Positions 54,749 to 64,000 of a stretch of 64,000 nt of DNA are shown here, piece after piece. This stretch comes from a virus (taxonomy: Duplodnaviria; Heunggongvirae; Uroviricota; Caudoviricetes): positions 34,217 through 98,216 of the IMG/VR virus record IMGVR_UViG_2718218168_000001. One strand, 5' to 3'. Below the pieces are notes generated by a model, which ran no database searches, was not told the DNA's origin, and saw only the letters and a list, made by a program, of their open reading frames with translations. Within the stretch, counting starts at the first letter, position 1; each line of letters starts with the position of its first letter. The translations under genes and the position numbers were made by a program.

Positions 54749-56178
54749 GTAAAACAACACCGACTAAAGACAGTATTCGTGCAGAGTTTGAAGAGCTTGT
54801 CGAGAAAGATTCATTCTGGTCGAAGTTTGTCGGCTCTCAATTTGTCTCGATGCTGACATTGTTTATTACCCAGATTGTCTACAGGTGCTTTCAGTATGCC
54901 GATGCGGCGCTGGCTGAAGGCTTTATATCGACCGCGACGCGGCGTTCCTCTATCCTGGCTGCGGCAGAAACGAACAGTTATGTTGGTACCAAGCCAACAC
55001 CGTCATCGGGGATGATTGAGATCACCGCCACAAGTGAAGATGCCCCAGCGGTAATCCCCAAAAACATGCCTTTAATATCTGACGACCAGTACCCTTACAT
55101 GACTATGGATGTATGCAGGTTGGTTGACGGCACCGGTACGGTAGAAGTGGCACAGTTGGAAATCCAGGAGGTGACATATACCGTTACGGCAGCCAAAGAA
55201 TTTCTGGAAGTCGTGTTATCAAAGGCTCTTACTGCTGTCTGCTATAAGCTGGAAGTATTCGTGACGACCGATGGGAAGACCACGCAGTGGTCTTCCAGCA
55301 CTATGTTCCGGTTAGCCGGTAGTAAAAGCCAGGTCTACGTTGAGTTTTATAAACCATCCGAGCAGTTGGGGGTTCGATTCGGCGATGGGCTAATTGGGCA
55401 AATACCGCCAGAAGGTTCGACAATTACGCTTAAGGTATGGTGCACCAACGGCGATATAACCCTGGTTGCTGGCCAAAACCTGACGCCTGTCGATTCTGCG
55501 GCTGATTTAGCTAATTTGATTTCAGTTAAGACAACGACACCTATAACCGCAGGTACCGATGCTGAAACAACGGAGATCACACGTAACCGTGCACAATATT
55601 ACCTTGCCTATGATGATCAGGTCGTATGGGGCGGGGACTATACGTATTTTCTGGTTCGTAACATCCCGGGGCTGTCCTGGGTAAAGGCATGGGGCGAAGG
55701 CCAGCAAGAGAAATTAGATGGTGCTTATAATGTTCAGAATATCAATAAGATATTTATTTCAGGATGGCATCCGAATAAAAGTCAGTCAGAGCTTGAAGAA
55801 ATGATCCTGACCGCCTTTAAGAAGGTGCCGAATGAGTTGAACAAGAAATTCTCGTATAAAGAGGTCAGAAAACTACCATTTAAGATAACCATCACCGGAC
55901 GGATATCGGCAAGCCTGACCATTGAGAATGTGACCGATGAGCTGAAGTCGGCACTGGAAACAAAATTTGGGCGCGATTCAACTTTCTTTGATCCGAACCG
56001 CGTCGGAAAGTACATCCTGATTAAGAAAAAAGACGTTTGGGCGTTTATCGAAACGCTGGGTTATTTCCGCGACTTTTATCTGGAATTTGTCGAGTGGAAT
56101 GAGTCCAACGGCTTTTACGATTTCGTTTATCTGGATACAGAAAACTCCACCTTTAATATTTCGTATGAGGAGGAGTGA
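54745..56178 (+). CDS. putative baseplate protein
   Basis: 477 aa, translationally coupled in the baseplate module. Confidence 0.5.
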   Translation: MSKTTPTKDSIRAEFEELVEKDSFWSKFVGSQFVSMLTLFITQIVYRCFQYADAALAEGFISTATRRSSILAAAETNSYVGTKPTPSSGMIEITATSEDAPAVIPKNMPLISDDQYPYMTMDVCRLVDGTGTVEVAQLEIQEVTYTVTAAKEFLEVVLSKALTAVCYKLEVFVTTDGKTTQWSSSTMFRLAGSKSQVYVEFYKPSEQLGVRFGDGLIGQIPPEGSTITLKVWCTNGDITLVAGQNLTPVDSAADLANLISVKTTTPITAGTDAETTEITRNRAQYYLAYDDQVVWGGDYTYFLVRNIPGLSWVKAWGEGQQEKLDGAYNVQNINKIFISGWHPNKSQSELEEMILTAFKKVPNELNKKFSYKEVRKLPFKITITGRISASLTIENVTDELKSALETKFGRDSTFFDPNRVGKYILIKKKDVWAFIETLGYFRDFYLEFVEWNESNGFYDFVYLDTENSTFNISYEEE

Positions 56179-57014
56179 TGCAGCGTTCCTGGTTTAATAA
56201 CCGGCTTACATCAGCTAAGCAAAAGTCATTGCTCTATAAATCATTGGCTGATTTGGTTCAGTCAATGATGGACACCTTTGTTGACCCATGGTTGGAGCGA
56301 ATTACCAACCGGAAGTCTATTTTCTCCATGAGCAAGGAGGATCTGGAGACCAGGACAAATGAACTTGGCCAGTTCTTTACTATCAGAACCTCGAACTCAT
56401 CTTCCGTTCCGATGTTGTTACAACAGCGGCTTGATGAGATCCACTTTAAGGGAACTGAACGTCCTATAAACCAGACAATTTACCGCGAATTTAACGGTAT
56501 TTCTGTTTTATGGGATCCGATATATGCACCGGTGGACCTTGAGCGTCATCCCTATGGCACAGTTCTAATACCAGAAAGCACACTGGAGACTACCGGCGGC
56601 ACATTCGGCGAGATGTTTCTGACTTCCAGAGGGATGATCAGTATTCCCATAAACGACCTGGCCCGGACAATGGGTATTACTGGCACGATAGATCAGTCCG
56701 CAATTACAGAAGAAATTCTCAGAAAGTTTAATCAGTTCGTAAAGCCTCTACTGCCACTGCATATAGTGTTTGATGGGCTTACGCTCTATTTGTCGGTTGT
56801 TTTAAATGAACAGGCCGACATGATCACTTTGAACGAGATTTCTGATACCGAAAAAGCATTCTGCTGGTTTGAAACTTCGGATACAACTTCGCTTACTGGA
56901 GTTACGTCGATTAGCGCCCCGATCACCGCAACGCCTGGTGGCACTATTGTGAAAGCGACACCTACGTTTGATCGCACACGCGCAGATGATTTGTTGCTGG
57001 ATAGCGACGCCTGA
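56175..57014 (+). CDS. putative baseplate/tail protein
   Basis: 279 aa, coupled to the upstream gene. Confidence 0.5.
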   Translation: MMQRSWFNNRLTSAKQKSLLYKSLADLVQSMMDTFVDPWLERITNRKSIFSMSKEDLETRTNELGQFFTIRTSNSSSVPMLLQQRLDEIHFKGTERPINQTIYREFNGISVLWDPIYAPVDLERHPYGTVLIPESTLETTGGTFGEMFLTSRGMISIPINDLARTMGITGTIDQSAITEEILRKFNQFVKPLLPLHIVFDGLTLYLSVVLNEQADMITLNEISDTEKAFCWFETSDTTSLTGVTSISAPITATPGGTIVKATPTFDRTRADDLLLDSDA

Positions 57015-57092
57015 CAATCACCCCGTCCGTAGGGCGGGGTGACAAGTTACTTCTCTTACAATGAGGCTTCACAACATTGATTAGGGAAAATC

Positions 57093-57527
57093 ATGTCTGA
57101 CGTCTCAACAAACCTCTATAAGAGTCAGTTGTTGGACTATTACTATCAGCGGCGCGCTGAATCGTCCATTAACAAAGGCTCTCGATTTTTAATCAGCAAG
57201 GCCGTTTTCGGTACCAGTTCACTGGTTACTAAGAAAGGAGATGGCACTTATGAGATTGGAGAACTGCCAAAGGCTTTCGATCTGGCAGAACTGACCAGTC
57301 AATTTTGCACCATCAACCTCGTCCCAACCTACTCAGGCGGGATAATTACTGTCCGAATGGACCTTGATCAAAGCCAGTTGCAGGAAGGGAAAAACTACCC
57401 ATTCAACACTCTGGTTGTTCTGGATAACGAGAACAAGCCAATCGCCATTATTTGTGTCCAGGAAGACTCGCTGTATGTGGGCAAAACATATACCGCAGTT
57501 ATGGCCATAAACACGACAACAGCATAA
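57093..57527 (+). CDS. R: tail-fibre-associated protein (gene R position)
   Basis: 144 aa immediately upstream of the tail-fibre gene. Confidence 0.5.
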   Translation: MSDVSTNLYKSQLLDYYYQRRAESSINKGSRFLISKAVFGTSSLVTKKGDGTYEIGELPKAFDLAELTSQFCTINLVPTYSGGIITVRMDLDQSQLQEGKNYPFNTLVVLDNENKPIAIICVQEDSLYVGKTYTAVMAINTTTA

Positions 57528-57538
57528 GGATATGCTTG

Positions 57539-60457
57539 ATGAATGACGTTACAGTTGTTACATCAGTTACTTACCCATCACCCGAGTCGTTGGCTCTGGT
57601 GGCTGATGTGCAATACCACGAACCATATCTGTCAGCCGCGCTAAACCGAAAATTCAGGGGGATTGTTGACCCGGGATTTTATGCCGGTTTCTTACCTAAG
57701 CCTGGCGGTGGGATGAACCTGTTAATCACCTCAGTGGATGGTGATAAAACCGCAGGCGCGGCGTCGGTGGATATTGGTGAATTCTACCAGGTAACTATTC
57801 AGCATCGTAAGGATATTTCTCTTGCACTTAGCGCAGGTAAGAAATATGCAATTGTGCTGAAGGGAAGATATCTCCTTGGAGAGGATACCTATCAGGTTAA
57901 TACAGCGTCACATATTCATGCGGCTGAATTTGTTACCAGAACCTATACCGATTCATATCAGTTGGGAGATGGGGAACTGCTTGTTTGTACGGTGAATATC
58001 CCTGCTGGCGTATCTGCCATTACCCAGGAGATGATTGATACATCCGAGCGTATTAACCGCACGATCGGCATTGATATTTCAGACTCTGTAACCAGTACCA
58101 GAAGTGATGTTGCGGCAAGTTCGCTGGCGGTTAAAAAAGCCTACGATCTGGCAAAAAGCAAGTATACGGCGCAGGATGCAAGCACAACGCAAAAGGGATT
58201 AGTTCAGCTCAGTAGCGAAACTAACAGCGACAGCGAAACAATGGCGGCGACCCCTAAAGCCGTTAAGTCTGTAAAAGATCTTGCTGATACCAAAGCGCCA
58301 ATAGAAAGCCCGAGTCTGACAGGAACGCCAACCGCGCCGACGGCAGCGCAAGGTACAAACAGCACGCAGATCGCAAATACAGCCTTTGTTAAGGAAGCTA
58401 TAACTGCACTTATCAACGGTGCGCCTGGCACACTGGATACGCTGAAAGAAATAGCGGCTGCGATCAATAACGACCCGAATTTCAGCACAACTATCAACAA
58501 TGCCCTGGCTCTCAAAGCGCCTTTGGCAAGCCCTGCATTAACGGGTGTCCCTACTGCGCCGACCGCCGCACAGGGCACAAATAATACGCAGATTGCTACG
58601 ACCGCTTATGTAAGAGCTGCCATATCCGCATTGGTTGGTTCATCACCAGAAGCTCTTGATACCCTGAATGAGCTTGCCGCAGCACTTGGCAATGACCCGA
58701 ACTTTGCGACAACAATGACAAATGCGCTGGCAGGCAAACAGCCTCTGGATGCAACTTTAACCGCGCTCGCTGGCCTTGCGACTGGTGCAAACAAACTGCC
58801 TTATTTCACTGGTAAGGATACGGTAGCTCAGACTGATTTAACGTCAGTCGGTCGCGATATTCTGGCTAAAACAAGCACACTGGCCGTTATCCAATACCTT
58901 GGTTTAAGAGAACTCGGTACCAGCGGTGAAAAGATCCCCCTGTTGAGCACGGCTAACACATGGAGTGCACGCCAGACTTTCAACGGCGGGATCACCGGGG
59001 CGCTGACAGGGAACGCCGACACCGCGACGAAATTAAAAACAGCCAGAAACATTAATGGCGTCAGGTTCGATGGTTCTGGTGACATTAATATCAATACTCT
59101 GGTATCGCGCGGTCGCGTAACGGCCCTGGAGGCGAATGCACAGGGAACATCCGGGATTCAGCTGTATGAGGCATACAACAATGGCTACCCTTCCCCCTAT
59201 GGCAATGTGCTTCACCTTAAAGGTGCCACCGCTGCTGGCGAAGGTGAGTTATTCATTGGCTGGAGTGGCACGAGCGGTGCCCATGCGCCCGTACATATCC
59301 GTTCGCGGCGGGATACTGATTCTGCCAACTGGTCTGAATGGGCGCAGGTCTATACGTCAAAAGATTCAATTCCCGGCGTCAATGCCAAAGGGGATCAGGA
59401 TACCTCTGGTAATGCGGCTACAGCGACCAAGTTGCAGACAGCATGTACTATCAACGGTGTCTCGTTTGATGGTTCTAAAAATATTGAGCTAACGGTTGAA
59501 AATTTAAATCTTGAGCGAACAGTAGAATTAGCCGCTGGGTCATTGCAGAAAAATCAGAACGGCGCGGATATTCCTGGAAAAGATACCTTCACTAAAAATA
59601 TTGGTGCATGTCGCGCTTTTCACAGTTCTATTAGTACAGGTGCAGGGAACTGGACAACGGCACAATTGATTGAATGGCTGGATTCTCAAGGGGCATTCAA
59701 TCACCCATACTGGATGTGCAAATGTTCATGGTCGTACGGCAATAATAAAATTATAACCGATACTGGCTGTGGAACTATTCATCTTGCAGGTTGCGTTATT
59801 GAGGTTATGGGTAATAAAGGTGCCATGACCATCCGTGTAACAACACCAAGCACTTCCAGCGGTGGCGGAATCACTAACGCTCAATTCACTTATATTAATC
59901 ATGGTGATGCTTACGCTCCTGGCTGGCGACGAGACTACAACACGAAAAACCTGCAACCTGCATTTGCTTTAGGGCAGACAGGAAACAGGGTTGCAAATGA
60001 TAAAGCTGTTGGCTGGAACTGGAATAGCGGTGTTTATGATGCAGACCTAAAAGGCGCATCAACATTAATTCTTCATTTCAATATGAACGCGGGTAGCTGC
60101 CCGGCTGTACAATTACGCGTGAATTATAAGAACGGCGGTATTTATTATCGTTCAGCGCGTGATGGTTATGGATTTGAGGCTGACTGGTCAGAGTTTTACA
60201 CCACAACCCGCAAACCCTCTGCGGGGGATGTTGGTGCATATACGCAGGCAGAATGTAACTCAAGGTTTATTACAGGTATTCGCCTGGGCGGTCTGTCATC
60301 TGTCCAGACATGGAATGGCCCCGGCTGGTCTGACAGGTCAGGTTATGTCGTTACGGGTTCAGTTAACGGGAACCGTGATGAATTAATTGATACAACACAG
60401 GCAAGGCCAATTCAGTATTGCATTAATGGGACGTGGTATAACGCGGGGAGTATTTAA
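57539..60457 (+). CDS. S: tail fibre protein S (constant part plus currently expressed variable part)
   Basis: ATG at 57539 after aagga; tandem tail-fibre repeats (SPSLTGTPTAPTAAQGTNSTQIANTAFV / SPALTGVPTAPTAAQGTNNTQIATTAYV); cix site inside the gene. Confidence 0.75.
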   Translation: MNDVTVVTSVTYPSPESLALVADVQYHEPYLSAALNRKFRGIVDPGFYAGFLPKPGGGMNLLITSVDGDKTAGAASVDIGEFYQVTIQHRKDISLALSAGKKYAIVLKGRYLLGEDTYQVNTASHIHAAEFVTRTYTDSYQLGDGELLVCTVNIPAGVSAITQEMIDTSERINRTIGIDISDSVTSTRSDVAASSLAVKKAYDLAKSKYTAQDASTTQKGLVQLSSETNSDSETMAATPKAVKSVKDLADTKAPIESPSLTGTPTAPTAAQGTNSTQIANTAFVKEAITALINGAPGTLDTLKEIAAAINNDPNFSTTINNALALKAPLASPALTGVPTAPTAAQGTNNTQIATTAYVRAAISALVGSSPEALDTLNELAAALGNDPNFATTMTNALAGKQPLDATLTALAGLATGANKLPYFTGKDTVAQTDLTSVGRDILAKTSTLAVIQYLGLRELGTSGEKIPLLSTANTWSARQTFNGGITGALTGNADTATKLKTARNINGVRFDGSGDININTLVSRGRVTALEANAQGTSGIQLYEAYNNGYPSPYGNVLHLKGATAAGEGELFIGWSGTSGAHAPVHIRSRRDTDSANWSEWAQVYTSKDSIPGVNAKGDQDTSGNAATATKLQTACTINGVSFDGSKNIELTVENLNLERTVELAAGSLQKNQNGADIPGKDTFTKNIGACRAFHSSISTGAGNWTTAQLIEWLDSQGAFNHPYWMCKCSWSYGNNKIITDTGCGTIHLAGCVIEVMGNKGAMTIRVTTPSTSSGGGITNAQFTYINHGDAYAPGWRRDYNTKNLQPAFALGQTGNRVANDKAVGWNWNSGVYDADLKGASTLILHFNMNAGSCPAVQLRVNYKNGGIYYRSARDGYGFEADWSEFYTTTRKPSAGDVGAYTQAECNSRFITGIRLGGLSSVQTWNGPGWSDRSGYVVTGSVNGNRDELIDTTQARPIQYCINGTWYNAGSI
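58888..58913. other. cixL crossover site for the Cin invertase, inside S
   Basis: ttatccaataccttggtttaagagaa, reverse complement of the cixR core ttctcttaaaccaagg. Confidence 0.7.
58914..59075. repeat. left inverted repeat of the invertible C segment
   Basis: about 160 bp almost identical in reverse complement to 63251-63412. Confidence 0.7.
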
Positions 60458-60459
60458 TT

Positions 60460-60993
60460 ATGATGCACTTAAGAAATATTACAGCTGGCAACCCTAAAAC
60501 AAAAGAGCAATACCAGCTAACGAAACAATTTAACATCAAATGGCTTTATACAGAGGATGGAAAAAACTGGTATGAGGAACAAAAGAATTTCCAGTATGAT
60601 ACGTTGAAAATGGCCTATGACCACAACGGCGTTATTATTTGTATTGAAAAGGATGTTTCAGCAATTAATCCAGAAGGCGCAAGCGTCGTTGAATTACCTG
60701 ATATTACAGCAAATCGCCGGGCTGATATTTCTGGTAAATGGATGTTCAAAGATGGCGTAGTGGTAAAGCGAACTTATACCGAGGAAGAGCAGAGGCAGCA
60801 GGCGGAAAATGAAAAGCAAAGACTGCTACAGCTCGTCAGGGATAAAACCCAGCTATGGGACTCACAGCTACGGCTGGGCATCATTTCCGACGAGAATAAA
60901 CAAAAATTAACCGAGTGGATGCTCTATGCACAGAAGGTCGAATCCACAGACACCTCCAGCCTGCCAGTAACGTTTCCAGAACAACCAGAATGA
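60460..60993 (+). CDS. U: tail fibre assembly protein U
   Basis: 177 aa; paralogous to the inverted U' copy ([13 protein letters not shown]..., [19 protein letters not shown]). Confidence 0.75.
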   Translation: MMHLRNITAGNPKTKEQYQLTKQFNIKWLYTEDGKNWYEEQKNFQYDTLKMAYDHNGVIICIEKDVSAINPEGASVVELPDITANRRADISGKWMFKDGVVVKRTYTEEEQRQQAENEKQRLLQLVRDKTQLWDSQLRLGIISDENKQKLTEWMLYAQKVESTDTSSLPVTFPEQPE

Positions 60994-61021
60994 GACAAGG
61001 CCCGCTACCGGGCCTTAATTT

Positions 61022-61549
61022 TTATTCAGGCTTTTGTGGCCATTCGGGCTTTGCCGTATCCACACGGCTGACCATAACACTGTAGCGTTCCCAGGCTTCC
61101 AGTCGGCTACGCTCCTCATCCGTCGCCATATTCAGCCTGACAGCGCGCTCCAGTGGCTGAATAACGCTTTCCGCTTCGGAAAGTAACGCGGCCTTTTGTG
61201 ATTCGGCCTGTTGTTGCTGCTCGTCTGCCGTATAAATCCGTTTAACTACAGCTCCATCCTTAAACATCCACTTTCCTGAATCATCAGCGCGGCGGTTGGC
61301 TGTAATATCGGGAACCTCAACGACGCTAAAACCTTCAGGGTTAAGCGTTGAGGCATCTTTGGTGATGGCAACAATAATATTATTTTCGTCGTATACAATC
61401 TTTATGGTGTCGTCCTGAAAGTTATTTACTTCCTCATACCAGTTTTTACCGTTTTCGGACCATAACCAGATAACATCAAAATTCTTTGTTAGCTGATATT
61501 GTTCTTTCGTTTTAGGATTTCCTGACTTAATATTTTTTAAATGCTGCAT
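61022..61549 (-). CDS. alternative tail fibre assembly protein U'
   Basis: 175 aa, paralog of U, inverted orientation inside the C segment. Confidence 0.75.
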   Translation of the reverse strand: MQHLKNIKSGNPKTKEQYQLTKNFDVIWLWSENGKNWYEEVNNFQDDTIKIVYDENNIIVAITKDASTLNPEGFSVVEVPDITANRRADDSGKWMFKDGAVVKRIYTADEQQQQAESQKAALLSEAESVIQPLERAVRLNMATDEERSRLEAWERYSVMVSRVDTAKPEWPQKPE

Positions 61550-61552
61550 AAT

Positions 61553-63412
61553 TTACACCTGTGCGACGTTATACCATGTGCCATTGATGTATTTTTGTAT
61601 TGGTCTGAAGATGGCTTCATCATCGCCATCTACTTCACCAATGATTCTTAATCCGGTAATTGCGTGTCCGGCTTTTTCATAACGACCACCACGCGCCATC
61701 AATTGAACAACACGCGTACCCAGGCGAACATCTTTCACATAACGGGAATCAAAGTTACCGTAATCCGAGGGGTTAACACGCCCTGTAATATTTATGGTTT
61801 TATTACTTTGAATGCTGCCGGAGACAAAGCGCATAACATGGACGTTATTAGCATAAACGTCCAGATTACCGTCGCCATTTTGTTTAAAGCCCGTGTCATT
61901 ATCACCCAAAACAATCGAGTTACCGCCAAGAGCACTGGATGTTCCGATACCCAGTGCACCATTCAATTGACCACCAGATAATGACAACGCCCCAACATCA
62001 GCAGCAGTCGGTTTTATGTGCGAACTGTAAATTACATATACAGTTCCATCTGTCAGGCCTGTTGGTTTATTCGCTGTATAAGTTGGTGATGTATGAATTT
62101 GTACAGTTGCATCCTTTGTATAATCCCACTGGATATTAACACCTGTGGCGTAATTACCTATTTCTACATAAATGTCATAGGTATCACCGGATGTATTCAC
62201 CCATGCAAAATTAGTAAATCCAACCGAGGTCCGTCGCCATAATGCACCAGTAATACCCTTTGGATTTCCATTTCCGGCACGCAGAACCAGCTCAGAGATG
62301 CCTGCTTGCTGCGGGGAGCCAACGTTATACCCTGCACCACCAATCAGGCTTATGTAAACCACGGAACTGGCCTGTGGCATGGTTACAGTTGCCAGCTTGA
62401 ACCATCCAGCACCACCACTAAAAGACATTGTTGTGGAGTTGATCGTGCCTATAGACCGTGGGTTAAGTTCAATATCTTTAGAACCATCAAACGAGACGCC
62501 GTTGATAGTACATGCTGTCTGCAACTTGGTCGCTGTCGCCGCATTACCGGTAGTGTCTTGATTACCTTTTGTATTCACACCAGGCAAATCTATATCGGCT
62601 GAACCATCAAAGGATACACCACCTATGTTTATTGAACTTGCTAATTTCGTTGCTGTTGCTGCATTTCCTGAAAGGCTTGAAACAAACTGATGTGAGCAAT
62701 AATAACCACGTCCATTTTTAAAATCCAGAATGGTTTGAGTATTTGTACTTTCTGCTACTGGATCTGTGGCCCCCCACTTATAGGTGGCTTGACCAACGGT
62801 ATAGTCAGTAGTTGGAACAATTACGTTCAAGCCCTCCTCAGCAAATATCTTGATAGGGAATGCTCTGGCTTCAACGTAAAATACACTACACAAATCGTCA
62901 TCTTTCACACTTGAAATAATCGAGTGTATAGCTCGCTCAGCAGTAGAATATATTGAGAAAAAACCAGCCGCATATGAACCGCGATCAGACCAACCGCCAG
63001 GCATAACAAACCCATTAAATTCACAATTATTCATGGCGTATCCGCCAGCTGAGGAATAAGTAGTTATCACAACTCGTGAGGCTAATTCATCGGTACTGCC
63101 TCCAGATCGGCGAAAGACTATAGGATACCACTTACCGCTTACTGCATTTGCAGGCGCTGAAAAAGTGTATTTTCGCATCCCTTTTTTATTGTCTATTTCG
63201 CTTTTGCTGTAAACGTCCAGATCTTTAGGAGTCAACGTAATGTCAGCCGAACCATCGAACCTGACGCCATTAATGTTTCTGGCTGTTTTTAATTTCGTCG
63301 CGGTGTCGGCGTTCCCTGTCAGCGCCCCGGTGATCCCGCCGTTGAAAGTCTGGCGTGCACTCCACGTGTTAGCCGTGCTCAACAGGGGGATCTTTTCACC
63401 GCTGGTACCGAG
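61553..63412 (-). CDS. alternative tail-fibre variable segment Sv' (expressed only after inversion)
   Basis: 609-aa ORF whose N-terminus (STANTWSARQTFNGGITGALTGNADTATKLKTARNINGVRFDGS) duplicates the S sequence just after cixL; C-terminus diverges. Confidence 0.7.
   Translation of the reverse strand, partial: LGTSGEKIPLLSTANTWSARQTFNGGITGALTGNADTATKLKTARNINGVRFDGSADITLTPKDLDVYSKSEIDNKKGMRKYTFSAPANAVSGKWYPIVFRRSGGSTDELASRVVITTYSSAGGYAMNNCEFNGFVMPGGWSDRGSYAAGFFSIYSTAERAIHSIISSVKDDDLCSVFYVEARAFPIKIFAEEGLNVIVPTTDYTVGQATYKWGATDPVAESTNTQTILDFKNGRGYYCSHQFVSSLSGNAATATKLASSINIGGVSFDGSADIDLPGVNTKGNQDTTGNAATATKLQTACTINGVSFDGSKDIELNPRSIGTINSTTMSFSGGAGWFKLATVTMPQASSVVYISLIGGAGYNVGSPQQAGISELVLRAGNGNPKGITGALWRRTSVGFTNFAWVNTSGDTYDIYVEIGNYATGVNIQWDYTKDATVQIHTSPTYTANKPTGLTDGTVYVIYSSHIKPTAADVGALSLSGGQLNGALGIGTSSALGGNSIVLGDNDTGFKQNGDGNLDVYANNVHVMRFVSGSIQSNKTINITGRVNPSDYGNFDSRYVKDVRLGTRVVQLMARGGRYEKAGHAITGLRIIGEVDGDDEAIFRPIQKYINGTWYNVAQV
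63251..63412. repeat. right inverted repeat of the invertible C segment
   Basis: reverse-complement match to 58914-59075. Confidence 0.7.
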
Positions 63413-63438
63413 TTCTCTTAAACCAAGGTTTAGGATTG
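63413..63438. other. cixR crossover site
   Basis: ttctcttaaaccaaggtttaggattg, overlapping the cin stop. Confidence 0.75.
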
Positions 63439-63990
63439 AAAGGATGACGCCGGAAACTTCTTATAAAGCGTGGAAACAGCCACATCATAGATGATTGCAA
63501 CCTGCTTACGGGGGATGCCCTTCTCGAGCAATCGCCGCATTTGCTGCCATGTTTCTTCTTGGTATTTAGGCCGACGTCCACCTATACGACCTTCTGCGCG
63601 AGCTGCATCAAGTCCAGCGCGTGTACGTTCAACGATAAGCTCACGTTCCATTTCTGCCAGCGCCCCCATTACGTGAAAGAAAAAGCGCCCCATTGGTGTA
63701 CTGGTGTCGATGGAGTCAGTGAGACTTCGGAAGTTAATGCCTCTGTCACGCAGCTCTTCCACCAGCACAACCAAGTGACGCATGCTGCGCCCAAGACGAT
63801 CTAACTTCCATACGACCAGGGTGTCACCTCTGGAAAGAATACGCAGAACCTTTTTTAACCCTGGGCGTTCAGCCTTTTTGCCGCTCGCCTTATCCTCAAA
63901 AATTAGCTCACATCCTGCGCTTTCTAGGGCATTTCGTTGTAAAGCAGTGTTTTGTTCATTTGTTGATACGCGCACATAGCCAATTAGCAT
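63430..63990 (-). CDS. cin: serine invertase Cin (Hin/Gin family)
   Basis: 186 aa; MLIGYVRVSTNEQ...LDRLGRS resolvase catalytic domain, C-terminal HTH; adjacent to cix. Confidence 0.9.
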   Translation of the reverse strand: MLIGYVRVSTNEQNTALQRNALESAGCELIFEDKASGKKAERPGLKKVLRILSRGDTLVVWKLDRLGRSMRHLVVLVEELRDRGINFRSLTDSIDTSTPMGRFFFHVMGALAEMERELIVERTRAGLDAARAEGRIGGRRPKYQEETWQQMRRLLEKGIPRKQVAIIYDVAVSTLYKKFPASSFQS

Positions 63991-64000
63991 ATTTTTTGCT

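Overview
This window reads as most of a compact P1-like phage-plasmid (a plasmid prophage of an enterobacterium), with no integrase or att site. All calls are from reading the sequence and the ORF track; no database search was run. Recognisable backbone, in order: packaging (pacA with its pac hexamer clusters, lpa), the phd-doc addiction module, a block of minus-strand accessory genes (DUF551, Ea22-like ATPase, HAD-like and Ser/Thr phosphatases, VRR-NUC), a plus-strand baseplate block, the ban operon (DnaB-like helicase, TerB-like protein, three tRNAs), a Dcm+Dam fusion methyltransferase (dmt), an RdgC homolog, an Rz/Rz1-like pair, the plasmid replicon (oriR/incC iterons, repA, incA), parA-parB-parS, sheath and tail genes, the lytic replicon and immunity-I-like region (repL, kilA, ant, icd), Sit transglycosylase, and the Cin/cix invertible tail-fibre segment. 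C1-repressor operator-like 17-mers recur in front of several operons. The most unusual feature is a 341-aa intein with a LAGLIDADG homing-endonuclease core inserted immediately before the catalytic cysteine of the Dmt cytosine-methyltransferase domain. Other candidates worth follow-up are three AT-rich cargo loci (3.7-5.9 kb, 42.1-43.8 kb, 47.6-48.7 kb), a GIY-YIG-like gene wedged between incA and parA, and an array of tRNA-like hairpin repeats beside the tRNA genes. Coordinates of short sites are hand-counted and may be off by 1-2 bp.
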